A DNA stretch of 64,000 nt. Source: Eledone cirrhosa. Its lineage: Eukaryota. Every line of letters begins with the position of its first letter. Positions within the stretch are counted from its first letter, which is position 1. Positions 18,001 through 32,800 of this stretch are shown here, piece after piece. The position numbers were made by a program, and so were the translations under genes. A model generated the notes under the pieces. That model was given only the letters and a program-made list of their open reading frames with translations, did no database searches and had not been told where the DNA came from. The stretch spans positions 43,524,001 to 43,588,000 of the forward strand of contig OZ024756.1 of the NCBI GenBank assembly GCA_964016885.1, in the 5' to 3' direction.

Positions 18001-21000
18001 CACACACTAGAGACAGACATTGGACACACACCAGAGACAGACATTGGACATACACATCAGAGAGAGACATTGGATATACACACTAGAGACAGACATTGGA
18101 CACACATTAAAGACAGACATTGAACACACACTAGAGACAGACATTGGACACACACTAGAGACAGACTTTGGACACACACTAGAGACAGACATTGGAGACA
18201 CACTAGAGACAGACATTAGACACACACTAGAGACAGACATTGGACACACACTAGAGACATACATTGGACACACACTAGAGACAGACTTTGGACACCCACT
18301 AGAGACAGACATTGGACATACACACTAGAGAGAGATATTGGACACACACTAGAGACAGACATTGGACACACACTAGAGATAGACATTGGACACACACTAT
18401 AGACAGACTTTGGACACACACTAGAGACAGACATTGGATATACACACTAGAGACAGACATTGGACATACACACCAGAGAGAGACATTGGACATACACACT
18501 AGAGACAGACATTGGACACACATTAGAGACAGACATTGGACACACACTAGAGAGACATTGGACACACACTAGAGACAGACTTTGGACACACACTAGAGAC
18601 AGACATTGGAGACACACTAGAGACAGACATTAGACACGCACTAGAGACAGACATTGGACACACACTAGAGACATACATTGGACACACACTAGAGACAGAC
18701 TTTGGACACACACTAGAGACAGACATTGGACATACACACTAGAGAGAGATATTGTACACACACTAGAGACATTGGACACACACTAGATTATAGACATTGG
18801 ACACACTAGAGACAGACTTTGGACACACACTAGAGACAGACATTGGACATACACACTAGAGAGAGATATTGTACACACACTAGAGACATTGGACACACAC
18901 TAGAGATAGACATTGGACACACACTAGAGACAGACTTTGGACACACACTAGAGACAGACATTGGATATACACTAGAGACAGACATTGGACACACACTAGA
19001 GACAGACATTGGACACACTAGAGACAGACATTAGACACACACTAAAGACAGACATTGGACACACACTAGAGACAGACATTGGACACACACTAGAGACAGA
19101 CATTGGACACACACTAGAGACATACATTGGACACACACTAGAGACAGACTTTGGACACACACTAGAGACAGACATTGGACACGCACTAGAGACAGACATT
19201 GGACACACACTAGACAGACATTGGACACACACTAGAGACAGACATTGGAGACACACTAGAGACAGACATTGGACACACTAGAGACAGACATTAGACACAC
19301 ACTAAAGACAGACATTGGACACATACTAGAGACAGACATTAGACACACACACCAGAGACAGACATTGGACACACACTAGAGACAGACATTGGAGACACAC
19401 TAGAGACAGACATTGGACACACTAGAGACAGACATTGGACACACACTAGAGACAGACATTAGACACACACTAGACACAGACATTGGACGCACACTAGAGA
19501 CAGACATTAGACTCACACTAAAGACAGACATTGGACACACACTAGAGACAGACATTGGACACACACTAGAGACAGACATTGGACACACACTAGAGACAGA
19601 CATTGGACACACCCTAGAGACAGACATTGGACACACTAGAGACAGACATTGGACACACACTAGGGACAGACATTAGACACACTAGAGACAGACATTGGAC
19701 ACACACTAGAGACATACATTGGACACACACTAGAGACAGACTTTGGACACACACTAGAGACAGACATTGGACACGCACTAGAGACAGACATTGGACACAC
19801 ACTAGACAGACATTGGACACACACTAGAGACAGACATTGGACACACACTAGAGAGAGATATTGGACACACACACTAGAGACAGACATTGGACACACACTA
19901 GAGACAGACATTGGACAGACACTAGAGACAGACATTGGACACACACTAGAGACAGACATTGGACATACACACTAGAGACAGACATTGGACACACATTAGA
20001 GACAGACATTGGACACACACTAGAGACAGACCTTGGACTCACACTAGAGAGAGACATTGGACACACACACTAGAGAGAGACATTGGACACGCACTAGAGA
20101 CAGAAATTGGACACACACTAGAGACAGACATTGGACACACACTAGAGACAGACATTGGACACACACACTAGACACAGACAACGGACACACACTAGATACA
20201 GACATTGGACACACACTAGAGAAAGATATTGGACACACACTAGAGACAGACATTGGACACACACTAGAGACAGACATTGGACACACACACTAGACACAGA
20301 CAACGGACACACACTAGATACAGACATTGGACACACACTAGAGAAAGATATTGGACACACACTAGAGACAGACATTGGACACACACTAGAGACAGACATT
20401 GGACACACACACTAGACACAGACATTAGACACACACTAGAGACACAAATTGGACACACACTAGAGACAGACATTGGACACACACTAGAGACAGACATTGG
20501 ACACACAGTAGAGAACAGACATTGGACACACACTAGATACAGACATTGGACACACACTAGAGACAGACATTAGACACACACTAGAGACACACATTGGACA
20601 CACACTAGAGACAGACATTGGACACACACTAGAGACAGGCGTTGGACACACACTAGAGAACAGACATTGGACACACACTAGAGACAGACATTGGACACAC
20701 ACTAGAGACAGACATTAGACACACACTAGAGACAGACATTGGACACACACTAGAGACAGACATTGGACACACACTAGAGACAGACATTGGACACACACTA
20801 GAGACAGACATTGGACACACTAGAGACAGACATTAGACACACACTAAAGACAGACATTGGACACACACTAGAGACAGACATTGGACACACACTAGAGACA
20901 GACATTGGACACACACTAGAGACAGACATTGGAGACACACTAGAGACAGACATTGGACACACTAGAGACAGACATTGGACACACACTAGAGACAGACATT

Positions 21001-24000
21001 ATACACACACTAGAGACAGACATTGGACACACACTAGTGAGAGATATTGGAGACACACACTAGAGACAGACATTGGAGACACACTAGAGACAGACATTGG
21101 ACACACACTAGAGACAGACATCGGACACACACTAGAGACAGACATTGGACACACACTAGAGAGAGACATTGGACACACACTAGAGACAGACATTAGACAC
21201 ACACTAGACACAGACATTGGACGCACACTAGAGACAGACATTAGACACACACTAAAGACAGACATTGGACACACACTAGAGACAGACATTGGACACACAC
21301 TAGAGACAGACATTGGACACACACTAGAGACAGACATTGGACACACACTAGAGAGAGACATTAGACACACACTAGAGACAGACATTGGACACACACTAGA
21401 GACAGACATTGGACACACACTAGAGACAGACATTGGACACACACTAGAGACAGACATTGGACACACACTAGAGACAGACATTGGACACACACTAGAGACA
21501 GACATTGGACACACTAGAGACAGACATTGGACACACACTAGAGACAGACATTAGACACACTAGAGACAGACATTGGACACACACTAGAGACAGACATTAG
21601 ACACACACTAGAGAGAGACATTAGACACACACTAGAGACAGACATTGGACACACACTAGAGACAGACATTGGACACACACTAGAGACAGACATTGGACAC
21701 ACACTAGAGACAGACATTGGACACACTAGAGACAGACATTGGACACACACTAGAGACAGACATTGGACACACACCAGAGACAGACATTGGACACACACTA
21801 GAGACAGACATTGGACACACAATAGAGACAGACATTGGACACAAACTAGAGACACACATTGGACACACACTAGCGACAGACATTGGACACATACTAGAGA
21901 CAGACATTAGACACACACACCAGAGACAGACATTCGACACACACTAGAGACAGACATTGGACACACACTAGAGACAGACATTGGACACACTTTAGAGACA
22001 GACATTGGACACACACCAGAGACAGACATTGGACACACACTAGAGACAGACATTGGAGACACACTAGAGACAGACATTGGACACTCACTAGAGACAGACA
22101 TTGGACACACACTAGAGACAGACATTGGACACACACTAGAGACAGACATTAGACACACACTAGAGACAGACATTAGACACACACTAGAGACAGACATTGG
22201 ACACACACTAGAGACAGACATTAGACACACACTAGAGACAGACATTGGACACACACTAGAGCCAGACATTGGAGACACACTAGAGCCAGACATTAGACAC
22301 ACACTAGAGACAGACATTGGACACACACTAGAGACATACATTGGACACACACTAGAGACAGACTTTGGACACACACTAGAGACAGACATTGGACATACAC
22401 TAGAGACAGACTTTGGACACACACTAGAGACAGACATTGGACATACACACTAGAGAGAGATATTGGACACACACACTAGAGACAGACATTGGACACACAT
22501 TAGAGACAGACATTGGACAGACACTAGAGACAGACATTGGACAGACACTAGAGAAGACATTGGACAGACACTAGAGACAGACGTTAGACACACACTAGAG
22601 ACAGACATTGGACACACACTAGAGACAGACATTGGACACACACACTAGAGAGAGACATTGGACACGCACTAGAGACAGACATTGGACACACACTAGACAG
22701 ACATTGGACACACACTAGAGACAGACATTGGACACACACTAGAGACAGACATTGGACACACACTAGAGACAGACATTGGACACACACTAGAGACAGACAT
22801 TAGACACACACTAGAGACAGACATTGGACACACATTAGAGACAGACATTGGAGACACACTAGAGACAGACATTAGACACACACTAGAGACAGACATTGGA
22901 CATACACACTAGAGAGAGATATTGGACACACACACTAGAGACAGACATTGGACACACACTAGAGACAGACATTGGACACACACTAGAGACAGACTTTGGA
23001 CACACACTAGAGACAGACATTGGACACACACTAGAGACAGACATTGGACACACACTAGAGACAGACATTGGACACACACTAGAGAGAGACATTGGACACA
23101 TACATAGAGACACACATTGGACACACACTAGCGACAGACATTGGACACATACTAGAGACAGACATTAGACACACACACCAGAGACAGACATTCAACACAC
23201 ACTAGAGACAGACATTGGACACACACTAGAGACAGACATTGGACACACACTAGAGACAGACATTGGACACACACTAGAGACAGACATTAGACACACACAC
23301 CAGAGACAGACATTCGACACACACTAGAGAGAGACATTGGACACACACTAGAGACACACATTGGACACACACTAGCGACAGACATTGGACACATACTAGA
23401 GACAGACATTAGACACACACACCAGAGACAGACATTGGACACACACTAGAGACAGACATTGGACACACACTAGAGACAGACATTGGACACACACACTAGA
23501 GAGAGACATTGGACACGCAATAGAGACAGACATTGGACACACACTAGAGACAGACATTGGACACATACTAGAGACAGACATTGGACACACACTAGAGACA
23601 GACATTGGACACATACTAGAGACAGACATTAGACACACACTTGAGACATACATTGGACACACACTAGAGACAGACATTGGACACACACTAGAGACAGACA
23701 TTGGACACATACTAGAGACAGACATTAGACACACACTTGAGACATACATTGAACACACACTAGAGACAGACATTGGACACACACTAGAGACAGACATTGG
23801 ACACACACACTAGAGACAGACATTGGACACACACTAGACAGACATTGGACACACACTAGAGACAGACATTGGACACACACTAGAGACAGACATTAGACAC
23901 ACACTAGAGACAGACATTGGACACACACTAGAGACAGACATTGGAGACACACTAGAGACAGACATTAGACCCACACTAGAGACAGACATTGGACACACAC

Positions 24001-25410
24001 TAGAGACAGACTTTGGACACACACTAGAGACAGACATTGGACATACACACTAGAGAGAGATATTGGACACACACACTAGAGACAGACATTGGACACACAC
24101 TAGAGACAGACATTGGACACACACTAGAGACAGACTTTGGACACACACTAGAGACAGACATTGGACACACACTAGAGACAGACATTGGACACACACTAGA
24201 GACAGACATTGGACACACACTAGACAGACATTGGACACACACTAGAGACAGACATTGGACACACACTAGAGACAGACATTGGACACATACTAGAGACAGA
24301 CATTAGACACACACTAGAGACAGACATTGGACACACACCAGAGACAGACATTGGACATACACATCAGAGAGAGACATTGGATATACACACTAGAGACAGA
24401 CATTGGACACACATTAAAGACAGACATTGAACACACACTAGAGACAGACATTGGACACACACTAGAGACAGACTTTGGACACACACTAGAGACAGACATT
24501 GGAGACACACTAGAGACAGACATTAGACACACACTAGAGACAGACATTGGACACACACTAGAGACATACATTGGACACACACTAGAGACAGACTTTGGAC
24601 ACCCACTAGAGACAGACATTGGACATACACACTAGAGAGAGATATTGGACACACACTAGAGACAGACATTGGACACACACTAGAGATAGACATTGGACAC
24701 ACACTATAGACAGACTTTGGACACACACTAGAGACAGACATTGGATATACACACTAGAGACAGACATTGGACATACACACCAGAGAGAGACATTGGACAT
24801 ACACACTAGAGACAGACATTGGACACACATTAGAGACAGACATTGGACACACACTAGAGAGACATTGGACACACACTAGAGACAGACTTTGGACACACAC
24901 TAGAGACAGACATTGGAGACACACTAGAGACAGACATTAGACACGCACTAGAGACAGACATTGGACACACACTAGAGACATACATTGGACACACACTAGA
25001 GACAGACTTTGGACACACACTAGAGACAGACATTGGACATACACACTAGAGAGAGATATTGTACACACACTAGAGACATTGGACACACACTAGATTATAG
25101 ACATTGGACACACTAGAGACAGACTTTGGACACACACTAGAGACAGACATTGGACATACACACTAGAGAGAGATATTGTACACACACTAGAGACATTGGA
25201 CACACACTAGAGATAGACATTGGACACACACTAGAGACAGACTTTGGACACACACTAGAGACAGACATTGGATATACACACTAGAGAGAGACATTGGACA
25301 CACATTAGAGACAGACATTGAACACACACTAGAGACAGACATTGGACACACACTAGAGATAGACATTGGATATACACACTAGAGACAGACATTGGACACA
25401 CACTAGAGAG
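1..25410. repeat. 24-bp tandem satellite (consensus CATTGGACACACACTAGAGACAGA), roughly 1,000 units, running off the left edge
   Basis: Directly visible tandem unit. 22/26-bp variants arise from CA-number slippage. All ORFs here are translations of the repeat (LETDIGHT/MSVSSVCP). Confidence 0.98.
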
Positions 25411-25492
25411 AAACATAACACTGACACAAAGCCTCACACACACAATATAGAGAAGGATACACAGAAAGACAGAGGACACATCACATTACGCA

Positions 25493-26410
25493 AACACATA
25501 CACACATACACACACATATATACATACATACACACACATGCAAACAGTCATACATACAAATACACACAGATATACATATATACACACATATACAAACAGT
25601 CATACATACATACACACATATATACATACATACACATACAAACAGTGATACATACACATACAAAAAGTCATACATACATACACACACATACAAACAGTCA
25701 TACATACACATGCACACAGATATACATTCATACACACACATACAAACAGTCATACATACACATACACACAGATATACATACATACACATACAGTCATACA
25801 TACACATACACAGATATACATACATACACATACAGTCATACATACACATACAAACAGTCATACATACATACACACACATACAAACAGTCATACTTACACA
25901 TACACACATATATACATACATACACATACAAACAGTCATACATACACATACACACAGATATACATACATACACACACATACACACACATACAGACATACA
26001 TACATACAAACAGTCATACATACACACATATATACATACATACACACACATACACGTATATACATACATACACACACATACAAACAGTCATACATACACA
26101 TACACACATATATACATACATACACATACACACAGATATACATATATACACATACAAACAGTCATACATACACATACACACATATATACATACATACACA
26201 CACATACAAACAGTCATACATACACATACACACAGATATACATACATACACATACAAAGTCATACATACACATACAAACAGTCATACATACATACACACA
26301 CATACAAACAGTCATACATACACATACACAGAGATACATACATACACACACATACAAACAGTCACCCATACACATACACACAGATACATACATGTGCACA
26401 CATATATATA
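25493..26410. repeat. Compound ACAT/AC-rich micro/minisatellite (recurrent CATACAAACAGTCATACATA)
   Basis: Low-complexity repeat between the satellite and exon A1; a shorter paralog lies at about 34150-34295. Confidence 0.9.
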
Positions 26411-26500
26411 TAATATAGATAACATTAAAAACAATAAGTATTTCTAACTGAAATGAAACAACAAAAGTGATGACTAATGAGAAAATGGAATAAAACTTAC

Positions 26501-26827
26501 TTTTTACAGACTTTGGTGACGATATATTCGTATTTGCTGCACAATGAAAATGTGTTGCCTCTTCGCAATTAGGGTTATTTTTCCAACACTGAAACTCTCC
26601 TTTCCATCCCTTATTTGCTGGTATTTTACAGTCAAAACCAGGTGTAACTAGTCCTCTCTGAAATACTTTTGTATCTTTGTCGTAATTCAATTGTAAAACT
26701 TGAGTTCCATTTCGTAGGAGTTTCAACACATTTATCCTAGTTAAGTCACCATTTACCTTACATGTTATATTTATTCTAGCTGATGATCCAACTTGAAATT
26801 CAGGTGTTATAGATTCGATATATATAT
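26501..26827 (-). CDS. Exon A1: V/I-set-like Ig domain, 327 nt
   Basis: Acceptor ...ttccatattttatatacag| and donor |gtaagt. Protein ...INITCKVNGD..LKLLRNG...FDC...QCW..PNCEEATHFHC. B- and F-strand-like Cys about 73 aa apart. Confidence 0.85.
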
Positions 26828-26982
26828 CTGTATATAAAATATGGAAGAGGAGAAAATGTTTAGACAAAGATTTATTTAAAATATAACATATATAATGGCG
26901 GGTAGAGAATAACTAAGACGGACAAGAAATCAATAATAGAAAAACTAGAGAAATACAGTTGTGAATGATAGAAGAAGAAAAA

Positions 26983-27045
26983 GCAGCAGCAGCGGCAGCA
27001 GCAGCAGCAGCAGCGGCGGCGGCGGCGGCGGCAGCGGCAGCGGCA

Positions 27046-27099
<54 letters not shown>

Positions 27100-27117
27100 G
27101 AAGCAGCAGCAGCAGCA
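26983..27117. repeat. (CAG)n/(CGG)n compound trinucleotide microsatellite, intronic
   Basis: Directly visible. Confidence 0.95.
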
Positions 27118-27317
27118 TGTAGACATGAATAAGTATGTATTTCAAACATTAACATATCTCACATGGAAACATACAATCATGTATATATACAAACATGTAT
27201 TGATAGAGGCAGACATATATTTAAAAATATGGAATCTCTCTCATCTAATATGCCCAATCTCAATTTTTTCAAATTCCATCCCACCCGTCCCCTCAATCTA
27301 TTTTCTTTCTCATTCTT

Positions 27318-27353
27318 TCTTTTGATGAAGGACTAGCGTCCGAAACGTTAAGA
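27318..27353 (+). ncRNA. Minimal hammerhead-ribozyme-like motif (Penelope type, C3U variant)
   Basis: TCTT-TTGATGA-A-GGAC-tagc-GTCC-GAAA-CG-TT-AAGA: stem I TCTT/AAGA, stem II GGAC/GTCC, palindromic stem III (AACGTT). Confidence 0.6.
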
Positions 27354-27437
27354 CCCTCTTCCTGCTATATCAAGTCTTAACCTAATATATACCTTCCATA
27401 TACTGTACCGATTGTGTGGTTATTTCTGTTTACCTTT

Positions 27438-27445
<8 letters not shown>

Positions 27446-27508
<63 letters not shown>
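27446..27508. repeat. (TA)n microsatellite
   Basis: Directly visible. Confidence 0.95.
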
Positions 27509-27515
<7 letters not shown>

Positions 27516-27554
27516 CACAGAAAGGTAATACATAAAAGAAAATATTTTGCTTAC

Positions 27555-27869
27555 ATCTATCTGTAGGGTTGAATACAAAGCCAAGTTTCATTTTAAATGC
27601 TGAACAGGTGATGGTTATATTGGGGTAGTCTTCAATTGTTACGTTGTAGGCAAACTGTGACTCTAATGAAACATAACAATTGTTAGTTTTTGGAATCTTC
27701 ACAGATTTTTGACTGACTTCTGTTTCATTACTTCCATGTGTTACACTCCATCTAAACAGGACAGTCTCTTCAGCATTTGGGACAATATTTAAATGACATC
27801 TGAAGGTAGATATCTCATTACGTATGTGGTTCTCAGTGTCAGACGTCAGAGTATCCATTGAAGATTTCA
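27555..27869 (-). CDS. Exon B1: C-type (C2/C1-like) Ig domain, 315 nt
   Basis: Acceptor ...ttttatcttttcag| and donor |gtaagc. Protein STFRCHL...VLFRWSV...NNCYVSLESQFAYNVT.EDYPNITITCSA shows the Cys-Trp-Cys pattern; several N-x-T sequons. Confidence 0.85.
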
Positions 27870-27898
27870 CTGAAAAGATAAAATGTTAAATAAATAAT

Positions 27899-28197
27899 TG
27901 TTTCTACTTTTGCACAACGCCATCAAATATCCAATGTATTACTGGTACTTTATTTTATCGACCCTGTAAGGATGAAAGGCAAAGTTAACCTCAGCGGGAT
28001 TTGAACTCAGATCATAAAGGGCCGTATAAATAATTGTTTCTACTTTAGGCACAAGGCCAGCAATTACCCAGTGCATTACTTGTACTTTATTTTATCGACC
28101 CTGTAAGGATGAAAGGCAAAGTTAACCTCGGCGGGATTTGAACTCAGACTGTAAAGGGACGTAACTATGCTAGAAAGCATGGCTTCGGAAGGGCCGT
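27899..28197 (-). mobile_element. Two tandem 5'-truncated tRNA-derived SINE copies (Nin/Deu-core-like)
   Basis: On the minus strand: B-box GAGTTCAAATCC followed by GCCTTTCATCCTTACAGGGTCGATAAAATAAAGTAC, twice. ATAAATAAT occurs at 27890, 28026 and 28198. Absent from the paralogous intron at about 54470-54500. Confidence 0.7.
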
Positions 28198-28229
28198 ATA
28201 AATAATGAAATGAAATCTTGGCTGCTTTC

Positions 28230-29840
28230 ATTGATACAAACAACTAAAATGTTGAATGGGGAGGTTGCTTCTGATAGGACACTCTGGAAGGCATGTGTGA
28301 GGACTCTGCCCTAACAATACTCTCATGTTGAGGAAGAGAAGAAAATCACCCAAATATTTTGTGACACAGAAGCAGGGTAAATGCAATGAGGAACAAGATG
28401 TATATGACAATAACTACACACCCGCTAATGACACCCAATCCAACAAAGGGGTCAGTTCTACAACTCAGCAGTGACATAGTAAGACAATTAAGGATACGAA
28501 GACAGACAAATCAAGTGGACTACCGGGCTTAGTTGTTTAGATGCTGAAAGCATCTTGGATGGTAGGTTACATCATAATGAACTGTATCATAAACCAAGTA
28601 ATACAAAGTAATGTCATACCTAATGACTGGTGTAGCTGGAGCATTGACAACTACTACATAAGCAAAGGAGAGGCTCTAGACAGAGAACAATATAGAGGTA
28701 ACAAGTTGAGGAACCAGGTCATGAAACTTACAGAAAGAGTTATCATGTAGCTGATTAGGGATCAAATTAAACCAAAGGGGATACAGTTCAGATTTATGCC
28801 AGGTAAACATACCACTGATGTCCTCTTCTTTGTGAGGCAAATGCAAGTAAAGTACCTAGCTAAACATAAGCCCCTCTACATGGCATTTGTTGACCTGAAG
28901 AAAGTATTTTACAAAGTCCTCCATTTCATAATCTGGTGGGCTGTTAGAAAACTAGGGGTAAATGAGAGACTTCTGAGGGTGGTATAAGCCATGTATTAAC
29001 AATTATTATAGTGAGGAATTTAGTGTGTAAATGTGGGTTCTTCAAGGGTCTGTTCATAGCCCTCTCGTTTATTATTATCTTGCAGGCTTTAACAGAATAG
29101 TTTAAGACTGACTGCCCATGGGAAATCCTATATGCTGATTATCTAACCCTCATTAGCTGAAATTATGGCAGAAATAGAGAACAAATTCATGCTCTAGAAG
29201 TAAATGGTCATAAAGTCAACTAGGCAAAGACTAACTTACTAGTAATTAGAAAGGAAAGACTAAACTTTTAGTAATTAGAAAGGAAAACAAGGCCCTGATA
29301 GCTTTGGGGAGCAGTCTTGCTTAATGTACAGGAGATGATTGAGTAGAAATTCTATCCTGTGTTCCAAATGATGACTATAGGTATACAAGTGATGTAATAT
29401 GATCTCAGACAGCCTAACAAAGATGTAGGTTTTATAAGTGGTTGATAAATAGGAGCAGTTAACAGTAAGGGCTCAACGGAAAACAGGCTCTATTAGATAG
29501 TCAGAGGACTTCATAGAAGTAGTTGATAGCTTCTGTTACCTGCATGTGTTTGATGGCTGTGCAATAATAGTGTGCATGCAGGGCAAAGCATCAATGAACT
29601 GTGAGAAAACTGGGTATATAGGGTGCAGGTACAGTGTAGAGGAGAGGAGATTGCAGTGGTATGGACAGGTAAAGTGCATAGTGGCTGACAGCTGTGAAAA
29701 ATGTGCAGGGTGCTCAAAGTTGATGGAAGTTATGGAAGAGGAAATCTTAGGATGAAGTGATAAAAGCTAACCTTGGACATTTATAACTCTGAAAGGAAAT
29801 GAAGCAGGATCAACATCTCTGACGTAGCAGAAGACCTACC
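28230..29840 (+). pseudogene. Old degraded RTE-clade LINE (RT remnants)
   Basis: Fragments MLKAS..IPNDWC, MAFVDLKKVF, CPWEILYADY are colinear with the young RTE ORF; many stops and frameshifts. Confidence 0.85.
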
Positions 29841-29847
29841 TTACAAT

Positions 29848-32800
29848 TACACACACTAGAGACAGACATTGGACACACACTAGAGACAGACATTGGTCAC
29901 ACCCTAGAGACAGACATTGGACACACACTAGAGACAGACATTAGACACACACTAGAGACAGACATTGGACACACACTAGAGACAGACATTGGACACACAC
30001 TAGAGACAGACATTGGACACACACTAGAGACAGACATTGGACACACACCAGAGACAGACATTGGACACACACTAGAGACAGACATTGGACACACACTAGA
30101 GACAGACATTGGACACACACTAGAGACAGACATTGGACACACACTAGAGACAGACATTGGACACACAGTAGAGACAGACATTAGACACACACTAGAGACA
30201 GACATTGGACACACACTAGAGACAGACATTGGACACACAGTAGACAGACATTGAACACACACTAGAGACAAACATTGGACACACACTAGAGACAGACATT
30301 GGACACACACACTAGAGACAGACATTAGACACACACTAGAGACAGACATTGAACACACACACTAGAGACAGACATTGGACACACACTAGAGAGAGACATT
30401 GGACACACACTAGAGACAGACATTGGACACACACTAGAGACAGACATTGGACACACACTAGAGACAGACATTGGACACACAGTAGACAGACATTGAACAC
30501 ACACTAGAGACAAACATTGGACACACACTAGAGACAGACATTGGACACACACACTAGAGACAGACATTAGACACACACTAGAGACAGACATTGAACACAC
30601 ACACTAGAGACAGACATTGGACACACACTAGAGAGAGACATTGGACACACACTAGAGACAGACATTGGACACACACTAGACACAGACATTGGGCACACAC
30701 ACTAAAGACAGACATTGGACACACACACTAGAGATAGACATTGGACACACACTAGAGACAGACATTGGACACACACTAGACAGACATTGGACACACATTA
30801 GAGACAGACATTAGACACACTAGAGAGAGACATTAGACACACACTAGAGACAGACATTGGACACACACTAGAGACAAACATTGGACACACATTAGAGACA
30901 GACATTGGACACACTGGAGAGAGACATTGGACACACACTAGAGACAGACATTGGATACACACTAGAGACAGACATTAGACACACACTAGACAGACATTGG
31001 ACACACATTAGAGACAGACATTGAACACACTGGAGAGAGACATTGGACACACACTAGAGACAGACATTAGACACACACTAGAGACAGACATTGGACACAC
31101 ACTAGAGACAGACATTGGAGACACATAGAGACAGACATTAGACACACACTAGAGACAGACATTGGACACACACTAGAGACAGACATTGGACACACACACT
31201 AGAGACAGACATTGGACACACACTAGAGACAGACATTAGACACACACTAGAGACAGACATTGGACACACACTAGAGACAGACATTGGACACACACTAGAG
31301 ACAGACATTGGAGACACATAGAGACAGACATTAGACACACACTAGAGACAGACATTGGACACACACTAGAGACAGACATTGGACACACACACTAGAGACA
31401 GACATTGGACACACACTAGAGACAGACATTGGGCACACACACTAAAGACAGACATTGGACACACACACTAGAGACAGACATTGGACACACACACTAAAGA
31501 CAGACATTGGGGACACACTAGAGACAAACATTGGACACACATTAGAGACAGACATTGGACACACACTAGTGAGAGATATTGGAGACACACACTAGAGACA
31601 GACATTGGAGACACACTAGAGACAGACATTGGACACACACTAGAGACAGACATCGGACACACACTAGAGACAGACATTGGACACACACTAGAGAGAGACA
31701 TTGGACACACACTAGAGACAGACATTGGACACACTAGAGAGAGACATTGGACACACACTTGAGACAGACATTGGACACACTAGAGAGAGACATTGGACAC
31801 ACACTAGAGACAGATATTGGACACACACTAGAGACAGACATTGGGCACACACACTAAAGACAGACATTGGACACACACACTAGAGACAGACATTGGACAC
31901 ACTAGAGAGAGACATTGGACACACACTAGAGACAGACATTGGACACACACTAGAGACAGACATCGGGCACACACACTAAAGACAGACATTGGACACACAC
32001 ACTAGAGACAAACATTGGACACACAGTAGAGACAGACATTGTACACACACTAGAGACAAACATTGGACACACATTAGAGACAGACATTGGACACACACTA
32101 GAGACAAACATTGGACACACACTAGAGACAGACATTGGACACACTAGAGAGAGACATTGGACACACACTAGAGACAGACATTGGACACACACTAGAGACA
32201 GACATTGGGCACACACACTAAAGACAGACATTGGACACACACACTAGAGACAGACATTGGACACACACACTAAAGACAGACATTGGACACACACTAGAGA
32301 CAAACATTGGACACACATTAGAGACAGACATTGGACACACACTAGAGACAAACATTGGACACACATTAGAGACAGACATTGGACACACATTAGAGACAGA
32401 CATTGGACACACTAGAGAGAGACATTGGACACACACTAGAGACAGGCATTGGACACACACTAGAGACAAACATTGGACACACATTAGAGACAGACATTGG
32501 ACACACACTAGAGACAAACATTGGACACACACTAGAGACAGACATTGGACACACTAGAGAGAGACATTGGACACACACTAGAGACAAACATTGGACACAC
32601 ACTAGAGACAGACATTGGACACACTAGAGAGAGACATTGGACACACACTAGAGACAAACATTGGACACACACTAGAGACAGACATTGGACACACACTAGA
32701 GACAGACATTGGACACACTAGAGAGAGACATTGGACACACACTAGAGACAGACATTGGACACACTAGAGAGAGACATTGGACACACACTTGAGACAGACA

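Noticed and set aside
25366-26447. 350-aa and 245-aa His/Thr/Tyr/Ile-rich ORFs
   Set aside because: Translations of an ACAT microsatellite.
26872-27155. Poly-Cys, poly-Ala and poly-Leu ORFs (likewise poly-Leu/Ser at 58032-58401)
   Set aside because: Trinucleotide microsatellites at an intronic position where the paralogs carry different motifs.
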